Source: Chloroflexota bacterium
Lineage (GTDB): Bacteria; Chloroflexota; Limnocylindria; Limnocylindrales; Limnocylindraceae
Assembly: GCA_026389535.1 (NCBI GenBank)
Contig: JAPLHR010000020.1
Coordinates: 1-60,295, forward strand
Direction of reading: 5' to 3'
DNA: 60,295 nucleotides
Part shown: in pieces, positions 47,693-56,444 of the stretch
Numbering within the stretch: position 1 is the first letter of the stretch
How the letters are laid out: every line of letters begins with the position of its first letter
The notes under the pieces: model-generated
What the model was told of the DNA's origin: nothing
The model's input: the letters and a program-made list of their open reading frames with translations, nothing else
Databases searched by the model: none
Made by a program: the position numbers and the translations under genes

Positions 47693-47742
47693 AGACTCTA
47701 CTCCTGGCTAAGCACCCTGAGGCTGGCCCAAAGGAGGTTCTG

Positions 47743-48696
47743 ATGTATCCGCAGCTCCACATCCCTGACGGGTTCCTCTCGCCGCAGATCTCCCTTCTGC
47801 TGTGGGTTGCCACTGCGGTCCTGATTGGGATTGCCGTGCGAAAGACGAGCCGCACCGATGTGCGACTGATTGCGTCGCAGCCAATTCTGATGGGGGTGCT
47901 CGGCGCCTTCATCTTCGCTGCCCAGATGTTCAACTTCCCTGTTGCGACGGGCACGAGCGGCCACCTGCTCGGCGGAGTGCTCGCCGGCTATCTGCTTGGC
48001 CCGTGGGCCGGCACGATTGTGATGGCGACGGTGATCGGTATTCAGGCACTTCTCTTCCAGGATGGCGGTCTCTTGGTACTTGGCGCCAACATCTTCAACA
48101 TGGGAATCATCGGCACACTCGGTGGCTCGTTTGTCGCTCGCGGAATCGGCACGGCGCTCGGCGGTAGCCGCAGCGCGACGATTCTCGGCGCGGGGGTTGC
48201 GGCTTGGCTTGCCGTCGTTGCTGCCGCGGGCTTCACCACGCTGCAACTTGGTCTCTCGGGCACGACGAACATTGCCGTGGGACTGCCCGCCATGCTCGGC
48301 GTGCATGCCCTCATCGGTATTGGCGAAGCGCTCATCACCGTTGCCGCGCTCACCTTTATTGCGCAAACAGCTCCAGACATTTTGGCAGGAGTGAGCGCAC
48401 CACGAAAAGCATCACCGGTGCGTCGCCTGGCAATTGGCGTGGTCATCGCTGGTGGAGTGGCAACGCTTGCGAGCTTTTTCGCATCCGCTGATCCCGATGG
48501 CCTAGAGGCCGTTGCAGAGGAGCTCGGTTTCCTGGATGCAGGTCTCTCAGCACCGTTTGAACTCTTCCCCGACTACACCATCCCAGGGCTTGATGGAACC
48601 GCATCGACGGTGGTTGCTGGCCTGCTCGGAATGATCGTGGTGATTGGCGTACTGCTGGCCCTCGGCCGTCTCGCGCGGAGCCGCACAAAATCGTAG
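47743..48696 (+). CDS. cbiM: ECF-transporter metal-capture subunit CbiM/NikM fused to a C-terminal PDGLE domain
   Basis: LHIPDGFLSP is followed by multiple TM helices. The C-terminus shows SADPDGLEAVAEELGF and a final TM helix. An AAGGAGG SD lies 5 nt upstream of the ATG. Confidence 0.8.
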   Translation: MYPQLHIPDGFLSPQISLLLWVATAVLIGIAVRKTSRTDVRLIASQPILMGVLGAFIFAAQMFNFPVATGTSGHLLGGVLAGYLLGPWAGTIVMATVIGIQALLFQDGGLLVLGANIFNMGIIGTLGGSFVARGIGTALGGSRSATILGAGVAAWLAVVAAAGFTTLQLGLSGTTNIAVGLPAMLGVHALIGIGEALITVAALTFIAQTAPDILAGVSAPRKASPVRRLAIGVVIAGGVATLASFFASADPDGLEAVAEELGFLDAGLSAPFELFPDYTIPGLDGTASTVVAGLLGMIVVIGVLLALGRLARSRTKS

Positions 48697-48698
48697 CC

Positions 48699-49478
48699 GT
48701 GGAGCCACGCGGCGTTGGGCGCGACGCCCGTGCTGCAGTGATCACCACGCTCGCCTTTGTCACGGCCGTTGCACTCCTGCCACCAGGATCGTATGTGGCT
48801 CTACTGCTCGCTTGGCTGTTGGTGACGTTTGCCGGAGCGCTGCTTGGAATAAGCCCAGGGCACCTCGCCCGGCGTGGACTCGTCGCCTTGCCGTTTGTCG
48901 TTGCCGCCGTGCCAATCGTCTTCCTTCGCAACGACGAGTTGCTCTGGGCTGGCAGTGTCGGTCCGCTCACCCTGCAGATCTCGGGTGCAGGACTGCGCAT
49001 CGCGCTGACCGCGCTGCTGAAGGCGTGGATCAGCGTTCAAGCCTCGGTTCTCCTCTTGGCGCTCGCGAGTCCCCCCTCAATTGTCACTGCCCTCCGCCGC
49101 ATGCGACTCCCCGACGTGATCGCCACAAGCGCCGGCTTAACGATTCGGTACCTCGAGCTCCTCCGTGATGAGGCTCGACGGATGCTCCGCGCGCGCACCG
49201 CACGCTCTGCCAGTCCAGTTGGCGTAGGTCGAGAGCGGATCGGCGGGACCATCGCATGGCGTGCACGCACAACGGGGAACCTGGTCGGCTCGCTCTTCTT
49301 GCGCGCCTACTCCCGAGCGCAGCGCATCGAAGAGGCTGCCGCCTCCCGCGGGGCGACGGGCTCCCTCTCGGTTGGCACGTTGCCTGTTGCCGACCCGCGC
49401 CTCACGATCAAGGTCGTTGGGGTTCTGGTCCTGGTGCTTGTCTTGACCCTCGCTGGCGTGCTGCTGCCGCGACTGTAG
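48699..49478 (+). CDS. cbiQ: ECF-transporter transmembrane (T) component CbiQ
   Basis: The polytopic 259-aa protein carries the conserved ARxxR-type coupling helix region (MLRARTARS). It sits between cbiM and cbiO. Confidence 0.7.
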   Translation: MEPRGVGRDARAAVITTLAFVTAVALLPPGSYVALLLAWLLVTFAGALLGISPGHLARRGLVALPFVVAAVPIVFLRNDELLWAGSVGPLTLQISGAGLRIALTALLKAWISVQASVLLLALASPPSIVTALRRMRLPDVIATSAGLTIRYLELLRDEARRMLRARTARSASPVGVGRERIGGTIAWRARTTGNLVGSLFLRAYSRAQRIEEAAASRGATGSLSVGTLPVADPRLTIKVVGVLVLVLVLTLAGVLLPRL

Positions 49479-49487
49479 GCTGAACGT

Positions 49488-50294
49488 ATGACTGATCGGC
49501 ACGAGCACCTCCATACACACCCAGGGGCGCCGCTGCCACACAGCCATGGGCACGATCATGCGCATGACGCGCCGCTCACGCCAACTGGCGACGGCACGAT
49601 TGCGATCTCTCACCTGCACTTCCGCTATCCAGATGGCACCGAGGCGCTGCGCGGCATGGATCTTGCGATCACCGGGGGTGAGAAGGTTGCACTACTCGGG
49701 CAGAACGGCGCGGGGAAGAGCACCCTGATGTTGCACCTCAATGGGATCCACCGCCCAACGCACGGCACCGTGCACGTGGCGGGGATGCAGGTGTCAAACG
49801 AGACGATTGGCCGGGTACGCGCCGAGGTGGGGCTCGTCTTTCAGGATCCTGATGACCAGCTCTTCAGCCCAACGGTGTGGGATGACGTGGCGTTCGGCCC
49901 CACCCATATGGGCCTCACCCCCGGCGCGATTCACGATCGCGTAGAAGTTGCCCTTGCCGCTGTTGGCGCACTTGATCTGGCGCAGCGTGCACCAATGCGC
50001 CTCTCTATTGGGCAGCGTAAGCGTGTCGCCCTTGCCACCGTCCTCGCCATGAATCCAAGCATCTTGGTGTTCGACGAACCATCGGCTGGACTTGACCCAC
50101 GTGGTCGACGCGAACTCATTGAGTTGTTGCAGTCACTCACGCAGACGCTCATCGTCAGCACGCATGACCTTGAGTTGGCACGCGCCGCATTCCCGCGCAG
50201 CATCGTGGTGGATCGCGGTGTGATTGTCGCCGACGGATCAACCAGTGAGATCCTCGGGAATCGCGAGTTGCTACTCGCACACGGACTCGCTTAA
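49488..50294 (+). CDS. cbiO: ECF-transporter ATPase CbiO with a His-rich N-terminal extension
   Basis: Walker A (GQNGAGKST), signature (LSIGQRKR) and Walker B (ILVFDEP) are present. Residues 5-26 contain 9 histidines. Confidence 0.85.
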   Translation: MTDRHEHLHTHPGAPLPHSHGHDHAHDAPLTPTGDGTIAISHLHFRYPDGTEALRGMDLAITGGEKVALLGQNGAGKSTLMLHLNGIHRPTHGTVHVAGMQVSNETIGRVRAEVGLVFQDPDDQLFSPTVWDDVAFGPTHMGLTPGAIHDRVEVALAAVGALDLAQRAPMRLSIGQRKRVALATVLAMNPSILVFDEPSAGLDPRGRRELIELLQSLTQTLIVSTHDLELARAAFPRSIVVDRGVIVADGSTSEILGNRELLLAHGLA

Positions 50295-51565
50295 GGCTTC
50301 GCGCCCTTGGCGCGCGCGGCGCGCAGCGCTGCGATGCGATCGCGCAACTCCGCCTCAGCCCCACTCCCCGAAGGTGCATAGAAGCGCTTCGTCGCAATCT
50401 CTTGCGGCAGGTACTCCTGTGCAACGTCGAACGGTTCACCAGCTGCGTGTGGCGACTGATAGGTCTTGGCCGCCGCGCGCAGATGACCAGGAACGGGAAG
50501 CTGACCGCCGGTCGCGATCTGCTCACGCGCTGCGGCAAGCGCCTCACCGGCACGTGGCGACTTCGGCGCAGACGCGAGATAGGTCACCGCTTGCGCGAGG
50601 GCCCAATCGCACTCCGGTGATCCGGCGAGTTCGACGACCTGCGCTGCAGCTGCGGCGAGTGGAAGCGCGGCAGGATCAGCATTCCCCACATCCTCTGATG
50701 CGGAGACGAGCAGTCGTCGGGCAATGACTCGTGGATCCTCGCCGCCCTCGAGTGCTGTCGCTAGCCACCAGATCGCCGCATCGGGATCGTTGCCACGGAT
50801 GCTCTTGATCAACGCGGAGGTAACGCCCGACTGGTCGTACGGCAGGCTGCGATCTTGCGCTGCAAGGAGAACCTCGCGCGGCGTGATCTCGGTACCGTCG
50901 GTCGTCATGAGCGCGGCCATCTCGAGGAGCGTGAGGAGTCGGCGTGCGTCGCCCGATGCGTAGCCAACCAACTGGCGACGTGCGTCTGCATCGACCCGCA
51001 CCGCTCCATTAAGACCGCGGGGGTCTGTGAGCGCGCGATCAAGCAGCGCCTCTAAGTCGTCGCTGCTTAGTGCGGCCAAACGGAAGGTGCGCATGCGCGA
51101 GAGAAGTGCCGGCGAGATTGCGCGTGGGGGCGGCTCTGTCGTCGCCCCAACCAGAATGATCGTCCCCGCCTCCACATGTGGCAGGAGGGCATCTTGCTGG
51201 GTGCGCGAGAAGCGGTGCAGCTCATCGATAAAGAGGAGCGTCTGCTCGCCGTGCTCGCGACGTTCAATTGCCGCAGCCACCGCCTTACGAACCTCGGCTA
51301 CCCCGTCACTCGTTGCAGAGAGGCTGGTTGGAACTGCCTTCAGCGATGTTGCGATGACGGCCGCGAGCGTCGACTTTCCACTCCCTGGTGGCCCCCAGAG
51401 CAAGAGTGACGGCGCCTCGCCGCGCTCGATAAGTCGGCGCAGTGGCCCACCTGGACCTACCAAGGCCACCTGCCCCACCACCTCATCAAGGGTCGATGGG
51501 CGCATCCGCGCGGCAAGGGGCTGCGCCGGTGCGAGGCCACCAAGGAGCGTTGCCTTCTCTTTCAT
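50291..51565 (-). CDS. rarA: Replication-associated recombination protein A (AAA+ ATPase)
   Basis: PLAARMRPSTLDEVVGQ, LWGPPGSGKSTLA, FIDELHRF, and MgsA C-terminal blocks (SALIKSIRGNDPDAAIWWL, YQSPH) are present. The start is the ATG at 51565 or 51613. Confidence 0.85.
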   Translation of the reverse strand: MKEKATLLGGLAPAQPLAARMRPSTLDEVVGQVALVGPGGPLRRLIERGEAPSLLLWGPPGSGKSTLAAVIATSLKAVPTSLSATSDGVAEVRKAVAAAIERREHGEQTLLFIDELHRFSRTQQDALLPHVEAGTIILVGATTEPPPRAISPALLSRMRTFRLAALSSDDLEALLDRALTDPRGLNGAVRVDADARRQLVGYASGDARRLLTLLEMAALMTTDGTEITPREVLLAAQDRSLPYDQSGVTSALIKSIRGNDPDAAIWWLATALEGGEDPRVIARRLLVSASEDVGNADPAALPLAAAAAQVVELAGSPECDWALAQAVTYLASAPKSPRAGEALAAAREQIATGGQLPVPGHLRAAAKTYQSPHAAGEPFDVAQEYLPQEIATKRFYAPSGSGAEAELRDRIAALRAARAKGAKP

Positions 51566-51616
51566 CCACTGATCATCGCACCCTTCACGCCGCTCTCGGG
51601 TACGCTTGCCCAACTG

Positions 51617-52831
51617 ATGCCCGATTTTTCTGAACTAGGACTTGCCCCCGAACTCCTACGAGCCGTCGCTGACGAGGGGTACACCGAACCGACCCCAATT
51701 CAAGCCCAGGCGATTCCGCACGTCCTTCAGGGCCGCGACCTTCTTGGCGCCGCCCAGACGGGAACGGGGAAGACTGCCGCATTTGTTCTGCCAATCTTGC
51801 AGCTGCTCAAGCCGATGTCCTCCACCTCGCCAAGCCCTGCTCGCCATCCGGTGCGAGCGCTCGTCCTCACGCCAACGCGCGAACTCGCCGTGCAGATCTC
51901 TGAGAGCGCCGCGACCTACGGTCGACACTTGCCACTGCGCAGCGGCGTCGTCTACGGCGGCGTCCCGATGCCACCACAGCAGAAGATGCTTCTTGCCGGA
52001 CTCGAGATCCTCATCGCAACGCCGGGGCGTCTCCTCGATCACGCCAACTCCAAGACGGTGAATCTCTCGCAGGTGTCGATCCTCGTCCTCGATGAGGCCG
52101 ACCGCATGCTCGACATGGGTTTCATGCCCGACCTCAAGCGCATCCTCGCCATGATTCCAAAGCAGCGACAGAGCCTGCTCTTCTCGGCAACCTTCTCTGA
52201 GCCGATCCGAGCGCTCGCGCAAGACTTCCTACGCGACCCAATCACCGTTGAGGTTGCGCGACGCAACCAGACGAACGAGAACGTCCGCCAGGTGATCATG
52301 GCGGTCGACGATCGACGCCGACGACAGCTGCTCAGCGACCTCCTCCGCACCAAGCCGTGGGAGCAGGCGCTCGTCTTCGTAAACCGCAAGGTTGAGGCGA
52401 ATCGCCTCGGCGACTTCTTGCATCGCGACGGACACACCGTGGTAGAGATTCACGGAGACAAGGATCAGAAGCAGCGCAACCGTGCCCTTGCCGCGTTCAA
52501 GGCCGGCGAGGCGCGCGTGATGGTCGCCACCGATGTTGCGGCACGCGGTCTCGACATCGAGGCACTCCCTGCAGTGATCAACTACGAGCTCCCCTTCGAC
52601 CCTGAGGATTACGTGCACCGCATTGGCCGCACCGGACGCGCGGGCGCACTCGGTGAGGCGGTCAGCTTCGTTGCCCCTGACGAGATGGATAAGTTGAGCC
52701 TGGTGCGCAAGCTGACGAAGGCCGGACTTCATATGGAGATTCCACTTGGCTACGAGCCGATCTTGTTGGACTTCCCGCGCGACTTGATCGCCAAGGCGCA
52801 GATGATTCGCTTGCAGCGAGGCCGCCGCTAG
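51617..52831 (+). CDS. DEAD-box ATP-dependent RNA helicase (RhlE-like)
   Basis: The Q motif (TEPTPIQ), AQTGTGKT, PTRELA, the DEAD box (VLDEADRM), SAT and HRIGRTGRAG are present. Confidence 0.88.
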   Translation: MPDFSELGLAPELLRAVADEGYTEPTPIQAQAIPHVLQGRDLLGAAQTGTGKTAAFVLPILQLLKPMSSTSPSPARHPVRALVLTPTRELAVQISESAATYGRHLPLRSGVVYGGVPMPPQQKMLLAGLEILIATPGRLLDHANSKTVNLSQVSILVLDEADRMLDMGFMPDLKRILAMIPKQRQSLLFSATFSEPIRALAQDFLRDPITVEVARRNQTNENVRQVIMAVDDRRRRQLLSDLLRTKPWEQALVFVNRKVEANRLGDFLHRDGHTVVEIHGDKDQKQRNRALAAFKAGEARVMVATDVAARGLDIEALPAVINYELPFDPEDYVHRIGRTGRAGALGEAVSFVAPDEMDKLSLVRKLTKAGLHMEIPLGYEPILLDFPRDLIAKAQMIRLQRGRR

Positions 52832-53262
52832 CTCGTCGCTCCCGTCCCAACCTGGCGGATGAACTCCATGATGCGAATCTCCAGATCGTCGCGCACCTCG
52901 CGATACGCCTCCAGCTGACGCTCCTCGCTCCCGCCGACCATCGATGGGTCTGGCAGCGACCAGTGCTCGCGCTGTCCGCCATTTGGAAAGATCGGGCAGG
53001 CATCGTTCGCCGCGTCACAGACGGTAATCACGTAGTCGAACGGCTCATCGAGGAACTGGTGGAGCGTCTTGCTGGTTTGAGCTGAAGCATCAATGCCGAT
53101 CTCGCTCAGCACCGTGAGGGCGTGGGGGCGAACCAGCGTCGCCTCGGTGCCGGCACTCTCCACCTCAAAGGCCCCTCGGCCACGTGAGCGCAGGAGCGCC
53201 TCAGCGATCTGGGAGCGCGCACTGTTGTGTGTGCAAAGAAAGAGAACGCGTGTGCTGCTCAT
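52828..53262 (-). CDS. arsC: Thioredoxin-coupled arsenate reductase (LMW-PTP fold)
   Basis: LCTHNSARSQIAE is the CX5R P-loop. VCDAANDACPIFP...EHWSLPDP provides the two downstream relay cysteines, as in the Staphylococcus-type ArsC. Confidence 0.75.
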   Translation of the reverse strand: MSSTRVLFLCTHNSARSQIAEALLRSRGRGAFEVESAGTEATLVRPHALTVLSEIGIDASAQTSKTLHQFLDEPFDYVITVCDAANDACPIFPNGGQREHWSLPDPSMVGGSEERQLEAYREVRDDLEIRIMEFIRQVGTGATS

Positions 53263-53268
53263 GGCGCC

Positions 53269-53274
53269 ATTCTA
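53269..53274 (-). promoter_or_regulatory. Candidate -10 box (TAGAAT) for leaderless arsC
   Basis: On the reverse strand, TAGAAT is followed by 6 nt and then the ATG at 53262. Confidence 0.4.
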
Positions 53275-53307
53275 GCGAAGTGGATTACCGCACGATTACC
53301 GGCGCGC

Positions 53308-53313
53308 TATCCT
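53308..53313 (+). promoter_or_regulatory. Candidate -10 box (TATCCT) for the leaderless hydrolase gene
   Basis: TATCCT is followed by 7 nt and then the ATG at 53321. Confidence 0.3.
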
Positions 53314-53320
53314 CAGCATC

Positions 53321-54316
53321 ATGAAGCGACTGCGCACGATCGGAATCGCACTCCTCGTTCTGCTGGCGGGCCTCACCACGCTCCCCTACCTGATTGATGT
53401 GCCGAAGGGTGCCGACGCCGATCCCGCGACGCTCCTGGCAACAGCCGCCGCGCCTGGCGCACGGCTCATCACCGCCGATGGCGTACAGAGCGTTGTCGCC
53501 GAGGCGGGTGATCCGCAAGATCCTGCCCTGCTGCTGATTCACGGTTTCGGCGGGAGCACATACGGCTACCGCGATCTGATGGCGCCACTCGCCGCGCGCG
53601 GATGGCATGTGATTGCCATCGACCTGCCGGGGTTCGGCCTCTCCGAGAAGTCGTGGGGGCGCGACTACAGCCATAAGGCACAAGCCACCTTCGCCCTTGC
53701 GGTCCTCGACCAGCTCAACATTGATCGCGCCGTGTTGCTCGGCCACAGCATGGGCGGCAACGTCATCAGTTGGATGCTCGCCCTCGCTCCAGAGCGTGTG
53801 GCCGGGCTTGCCTACATCGATGCCGCCGTGGTGCAGCCGAAGGGTGGTGTCAGTAGTTCGCCCTCCACTGCCGCTGCACTACTAGAAGTGCCACCCGTCC
53901 GGCGCATCGCCCGCATTGCCATCCGCAACGCATTCACCCCCGCAACGTTTGGTGAGCTGCTCTCTTCTGCCTTTGCCGTGAAGAGCGCCGTCACGCCAAC
54001 CTTGGTTGCCGGCTACGCCGCATCATCACAGTTGCGCGATTGGGACCTGGCGCTCCTCGGCATCGTTCGCGATGGCGCCAAGAACGCACTCCCTGAAACC
54101 ATTGCTACGCTCAGTGCGGCGGCAGGTACGCCGCCAACGCTGATCCTCTGGGGGAGAGACGACAGCTGGGTGCCACTAACAAGCGGAGAGGTGCTCCGTG
54201 CCGACTTGCCGAATGCGGCGTGGGTCGTGCTGCCAGGGATCGGCCATGTGCCGTTTGAAGAGGATGTGTCAGCGTTCATTGACGCGGTCGGCAGTTGGCT
54301 CGACACGCTGCGCTGA
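53321..54316 (+). CDS. Alpha/beta-fold hydrolase with an N-terminal signal/anchor
   Basis: LLIHGFGGS, the nucleophile elbow GHSMGG and the C-terminal GHVPFEE are present. Confidence 0.75.
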   Translation: MKRLRTIGIALLVLLAGLTTLPYLIDVPKGADADPATLLATAAAPGARLITADGVQSVVAEAGDPQDPALLLIHGFGGSTYGYRDLMAPLAARGWHVIAIDLPGFGLSEKSWGRDYSHKAQATFALAVLDQLNIDRAVLLGHSMGGNVISWMLALAPERVAGLAYIDAAVVQPKGGVSSSPSTAAALLEVPPVRRIARIAIRNAFTPATFGELLSSAFAVKSAVTPTLVAGYAASSQLRDWDLALLGIVRDGAKNALPETIATLSAAAGTPPTLILWGRDDSWVPLTSGEVLRADLPNAAWVVLPGIGHVPFEEDVSAFIDAVGSWLDTLR

Positions 54317-54339
54317 GCGCAGAACTGCACTGGAAGAGT

Positions 54340-54414
54340 TGGCTGGCGCGCTAGGATTCGAACCTAGGATCCCCTGCTCCAGAGGCAGGTGCCTTACCGC
54401 TTGGCCACGCGCCA
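54340..54414 (-). tRNA. tRNA-Gln (anticodon CUG), CCA encoded
   Basis: I folded the cloverleaf by hand. The acceptor is UGGCGCG/CGCGCCA, the anticodon stem is CCUGC/GCAGG with loop CUCUGGA, and the T arm is CUAGG-UUCGAAU-CCUAG. The discriminator is G followed by CCA. Total length is 75 nt. Confidence 0.85.
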
Positions 54415-54530
54415 ACGGTGCCGATCGTACCCCAGCGGCGCGCCACCGTCAGCCGACGCACGCATAAAGAGGCAACGTCGCCGGCGGTGGTGCCGCACGT
54501 GCCGCCGCTGCGGAGACGGCGATCGCCAAA

Positions 54531-56408
54531 GTGGTTGACCCCGCCCTCCACGGCCAGCTGCGGCTGGTTCTCAACCTTCTCGATACCCGTGTCGGCAGTC
54601 TGCTCATTGGCGGACGCCTCGCGCGATTCGGCACGCTGAAGGCGACGCAGCGCGACGAGTTCTTGCGCCGCTGGGTGCAACATCCCGTACCAATGCTCCG
54701 CAGCGGTGCCGCCGTCTTCCGCAAACTTCTCTCGTTCATCGCCTACTCGGATGCCGACGAGCCTGCCGATGCGCTGGTGCGGACACGCCTCAGCGGCATC
54801 GGCTACAACCCAACACCGAACGTAGCCACGGCCAACGTCACAAAGATCACCGCCTTCGACCCGGGCCCCGCAGAACGAATTGCCGTCGATGTTTTGGTGA
54901 TCGGCTCGGGCGCCGGCGGTGGGAGCATTGCGCGCGACCTCTCCGCCGCTGGTCGCGAGGTGCTCGTCATTGAGGCGGGTGGCCTCTACACCGAAGAGAC
55001 CTTCCCAACGAAGGAGCGCGACGCCTACGAGCGCCTCTATCTCGACTCGGGCTTCACCGCCACCGCCGATGCCCATATCGCAATCCTTGCCGGCGGCACC
55101 GTTGGTGGCGGCACCACCGTGAACTGGATGACTGCCATCCCAATCCCTGAGCCGGTGCGCGAGGAGTGGGAAGGGGAACACGGCGTTACCGGTGCCAGCG
55201 GGCGCGAGTTTGCAGGCGACCTGGACGCGGTGCTGAAAGAGATTGGTGCAAAGGACTCGCAGAATGTGCCGTTCAAAGATGAGGCGATCATTCGTGGCGC
55301 CGAGAAGCTCGGCTGGAGCAGCGAGCGCATCCAAATGAACCGCGCCGAGTGCAGCGACTGCGGAACCTGCCCGTTCGGCTGCAAGGTTGGATCGAAGCAA
55401 TCCTCTCTTCGACTGCATTTGGCACAGGCGGCCGCCAACGGCGCCCGTGTCTTGCCCGACTGCAAGGCAGAGCGATTGGTGTTCGAAAACGGCGCAGCGA
55501 CCGGTGCAATCACCACCCTCGGCACGCGCGCAGGGACACCTCGAACGCTAGAGATTGTCGCCAAGACAGTGGTGGTCTCCGGTGGCGCACTCCGCACGCC
55601 GGTTCTGCTGCAGCGCAGCGGCCTCACCCACCCTGCAATCGGCAAGAATCTTCGTCTCCATCCGGTCAGCCTTGTTGCTGGCGTGTTCGATGAGCCGGTC
55701 GAGATGTGGCGCGGCACGATGCAGGCGGCGAAGAGTTCCCGCTTTATTGACCCAGACGAAGAGCGCAATGGCTACATCATCGAGAGCGCTCCGGGTCACC
55801 CTGGCCTCCTCGCCCTCGGCATTCCGTGGACCGCTCGTGCAGAGCATGAGCGCCTCATGAAGTTAGGTCGCAACATTGCCCCCTTCTTGGCCATCGTGAA
55901 AGACGATGCTGGCGGCACCGTAACGGCAAGCCGTGCCGGCTTTGCCGAGATCAACTACCGCACCACCCCACGAGATGAGCGTGGTCTGCGCCACGCGCTT
56001 CGCTCCATGTCGCGCATCGCTGAAGCGGCTGGGGCGAGCGAGATCATCGCCGCCGGTTCACCGCCAATGAGCTGGCGCCGCAGTGAGGGGACCGAGGCGC
56101 TCGAGGTTTACCTGCGCCGACTGCACCGCTTCGACTTCGCCCCAAATCGCGGCACCGTCTTCTCTGCACACCAGATGGGCACGGCACGGATGGGCTCCGA
56201 CGCGCGAGATCACGTATGTGACCCGTGGGGTCGTGTGCGCTCGACCGCACGGCCACGCGCCGGTGACGCGAATGCCGGGCTGATCAAGAACCTCTACATC
56301 GCCGACGGGTCGCTCTTCCCTACCGCACTCGGCGTCAATCCAATGGTCACGATCCTTGCTGTTGCGAAGCGGGTCTCGCGCGCGATCATCGCCGACACGC
56401 GCGCATAA
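54531..56408 (+). CDS. GMC-family FAD-dependent oxidoreductase (long-chain alcohol oxidase-like)
   Basis: VLVIGSGAGGGSIARDLSAAGREVLVIEAGG is the FAD Rossmann motif. The C-terminal GMC block is HQMGTARMG...NLYIADGSLFPTALGVNP. The GTG start is uncertain. Confidence 0.8.
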   Translation: MVDPALHGQLRLVLNLLDTRVGSLLIGGRLARFGTLKATQRDEFLRRWVQHPVPMLRSGAAVFRKLLSFIAYSDADEPADALVRTRLSGIGYNPTPNVATANVTKITAFDPGPAERIAVDVLVIGSGAGGGSIARDLSAAGREVLVIEAGGLYTEETFPTKERDAYERLYLDSGFTATADAHIAILAGGTVGGGTTVNWMTAIPIPEPVREEWEGEHGVTGASGREFAGDLDAVLKEIGAKDSQNVPFKDEAIIRGAEKLGWSSERIQMNRAECSDCGTCPFGCKVGSKQSSLRLHLAQAAANGARVLPDCKAERLVFENGAATGAITTLGTRAGTPRTLEIVAKTVVVSGGALRTPVLLQRSGLTHPAIGKNLRLHPVSLVAGVFDEPVEMWRGTMQAAKSSRFIDPDEERNGYIIESAPGHPGLLALGIPWTARAEHERLMKLGRNIAPFLAIVKDDAGGTVTASRAGFAEINYRTTPRDERGLRHALRSMSRIAEAAGASEIIAAGSPPMSWRRSEGTEALEVYLRRLHRFDFAPNRGTVFSAHQMGTARMGSDARDHVCDPWGRVRSTARPRAGDANAGLIKNLYIADGSLFPTALGVNPMVTILAVAKRVSRAIIADTRA

Positions 56409-56444
56409 CTGCACACCGCGGAGGCTAGTAGCGGGGCTGCTCCC

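Noticed and set aside
47651-47742. A possible cobalamin or other riboswitch in front of cbiM.
   Set aside because: Only 92 nt separate the two divergent start codons, which is far shorter than a B12 riboswitch. The region is better explained by two promoters and a palindromic operator.
54351-55418. A 355-aa minus-strand ORF spanning the tRNA-Gln gene and the 5' half of the GMC oxidoreductase.
   Set aside because: It overlaps a well-folded tRNA and runs antisense to a gene with a clear FAD Rossmann motif. It has no motifs of its own.
56409-56444. A bidirectional terminator between the convergent GMC oxidoreductase and CotH genes.
   Set aside because: Only a 4-bp GGGG/CCCC stem around ctgct can be drawn. 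There is no flanking T or A tract, so it is too weak to call.
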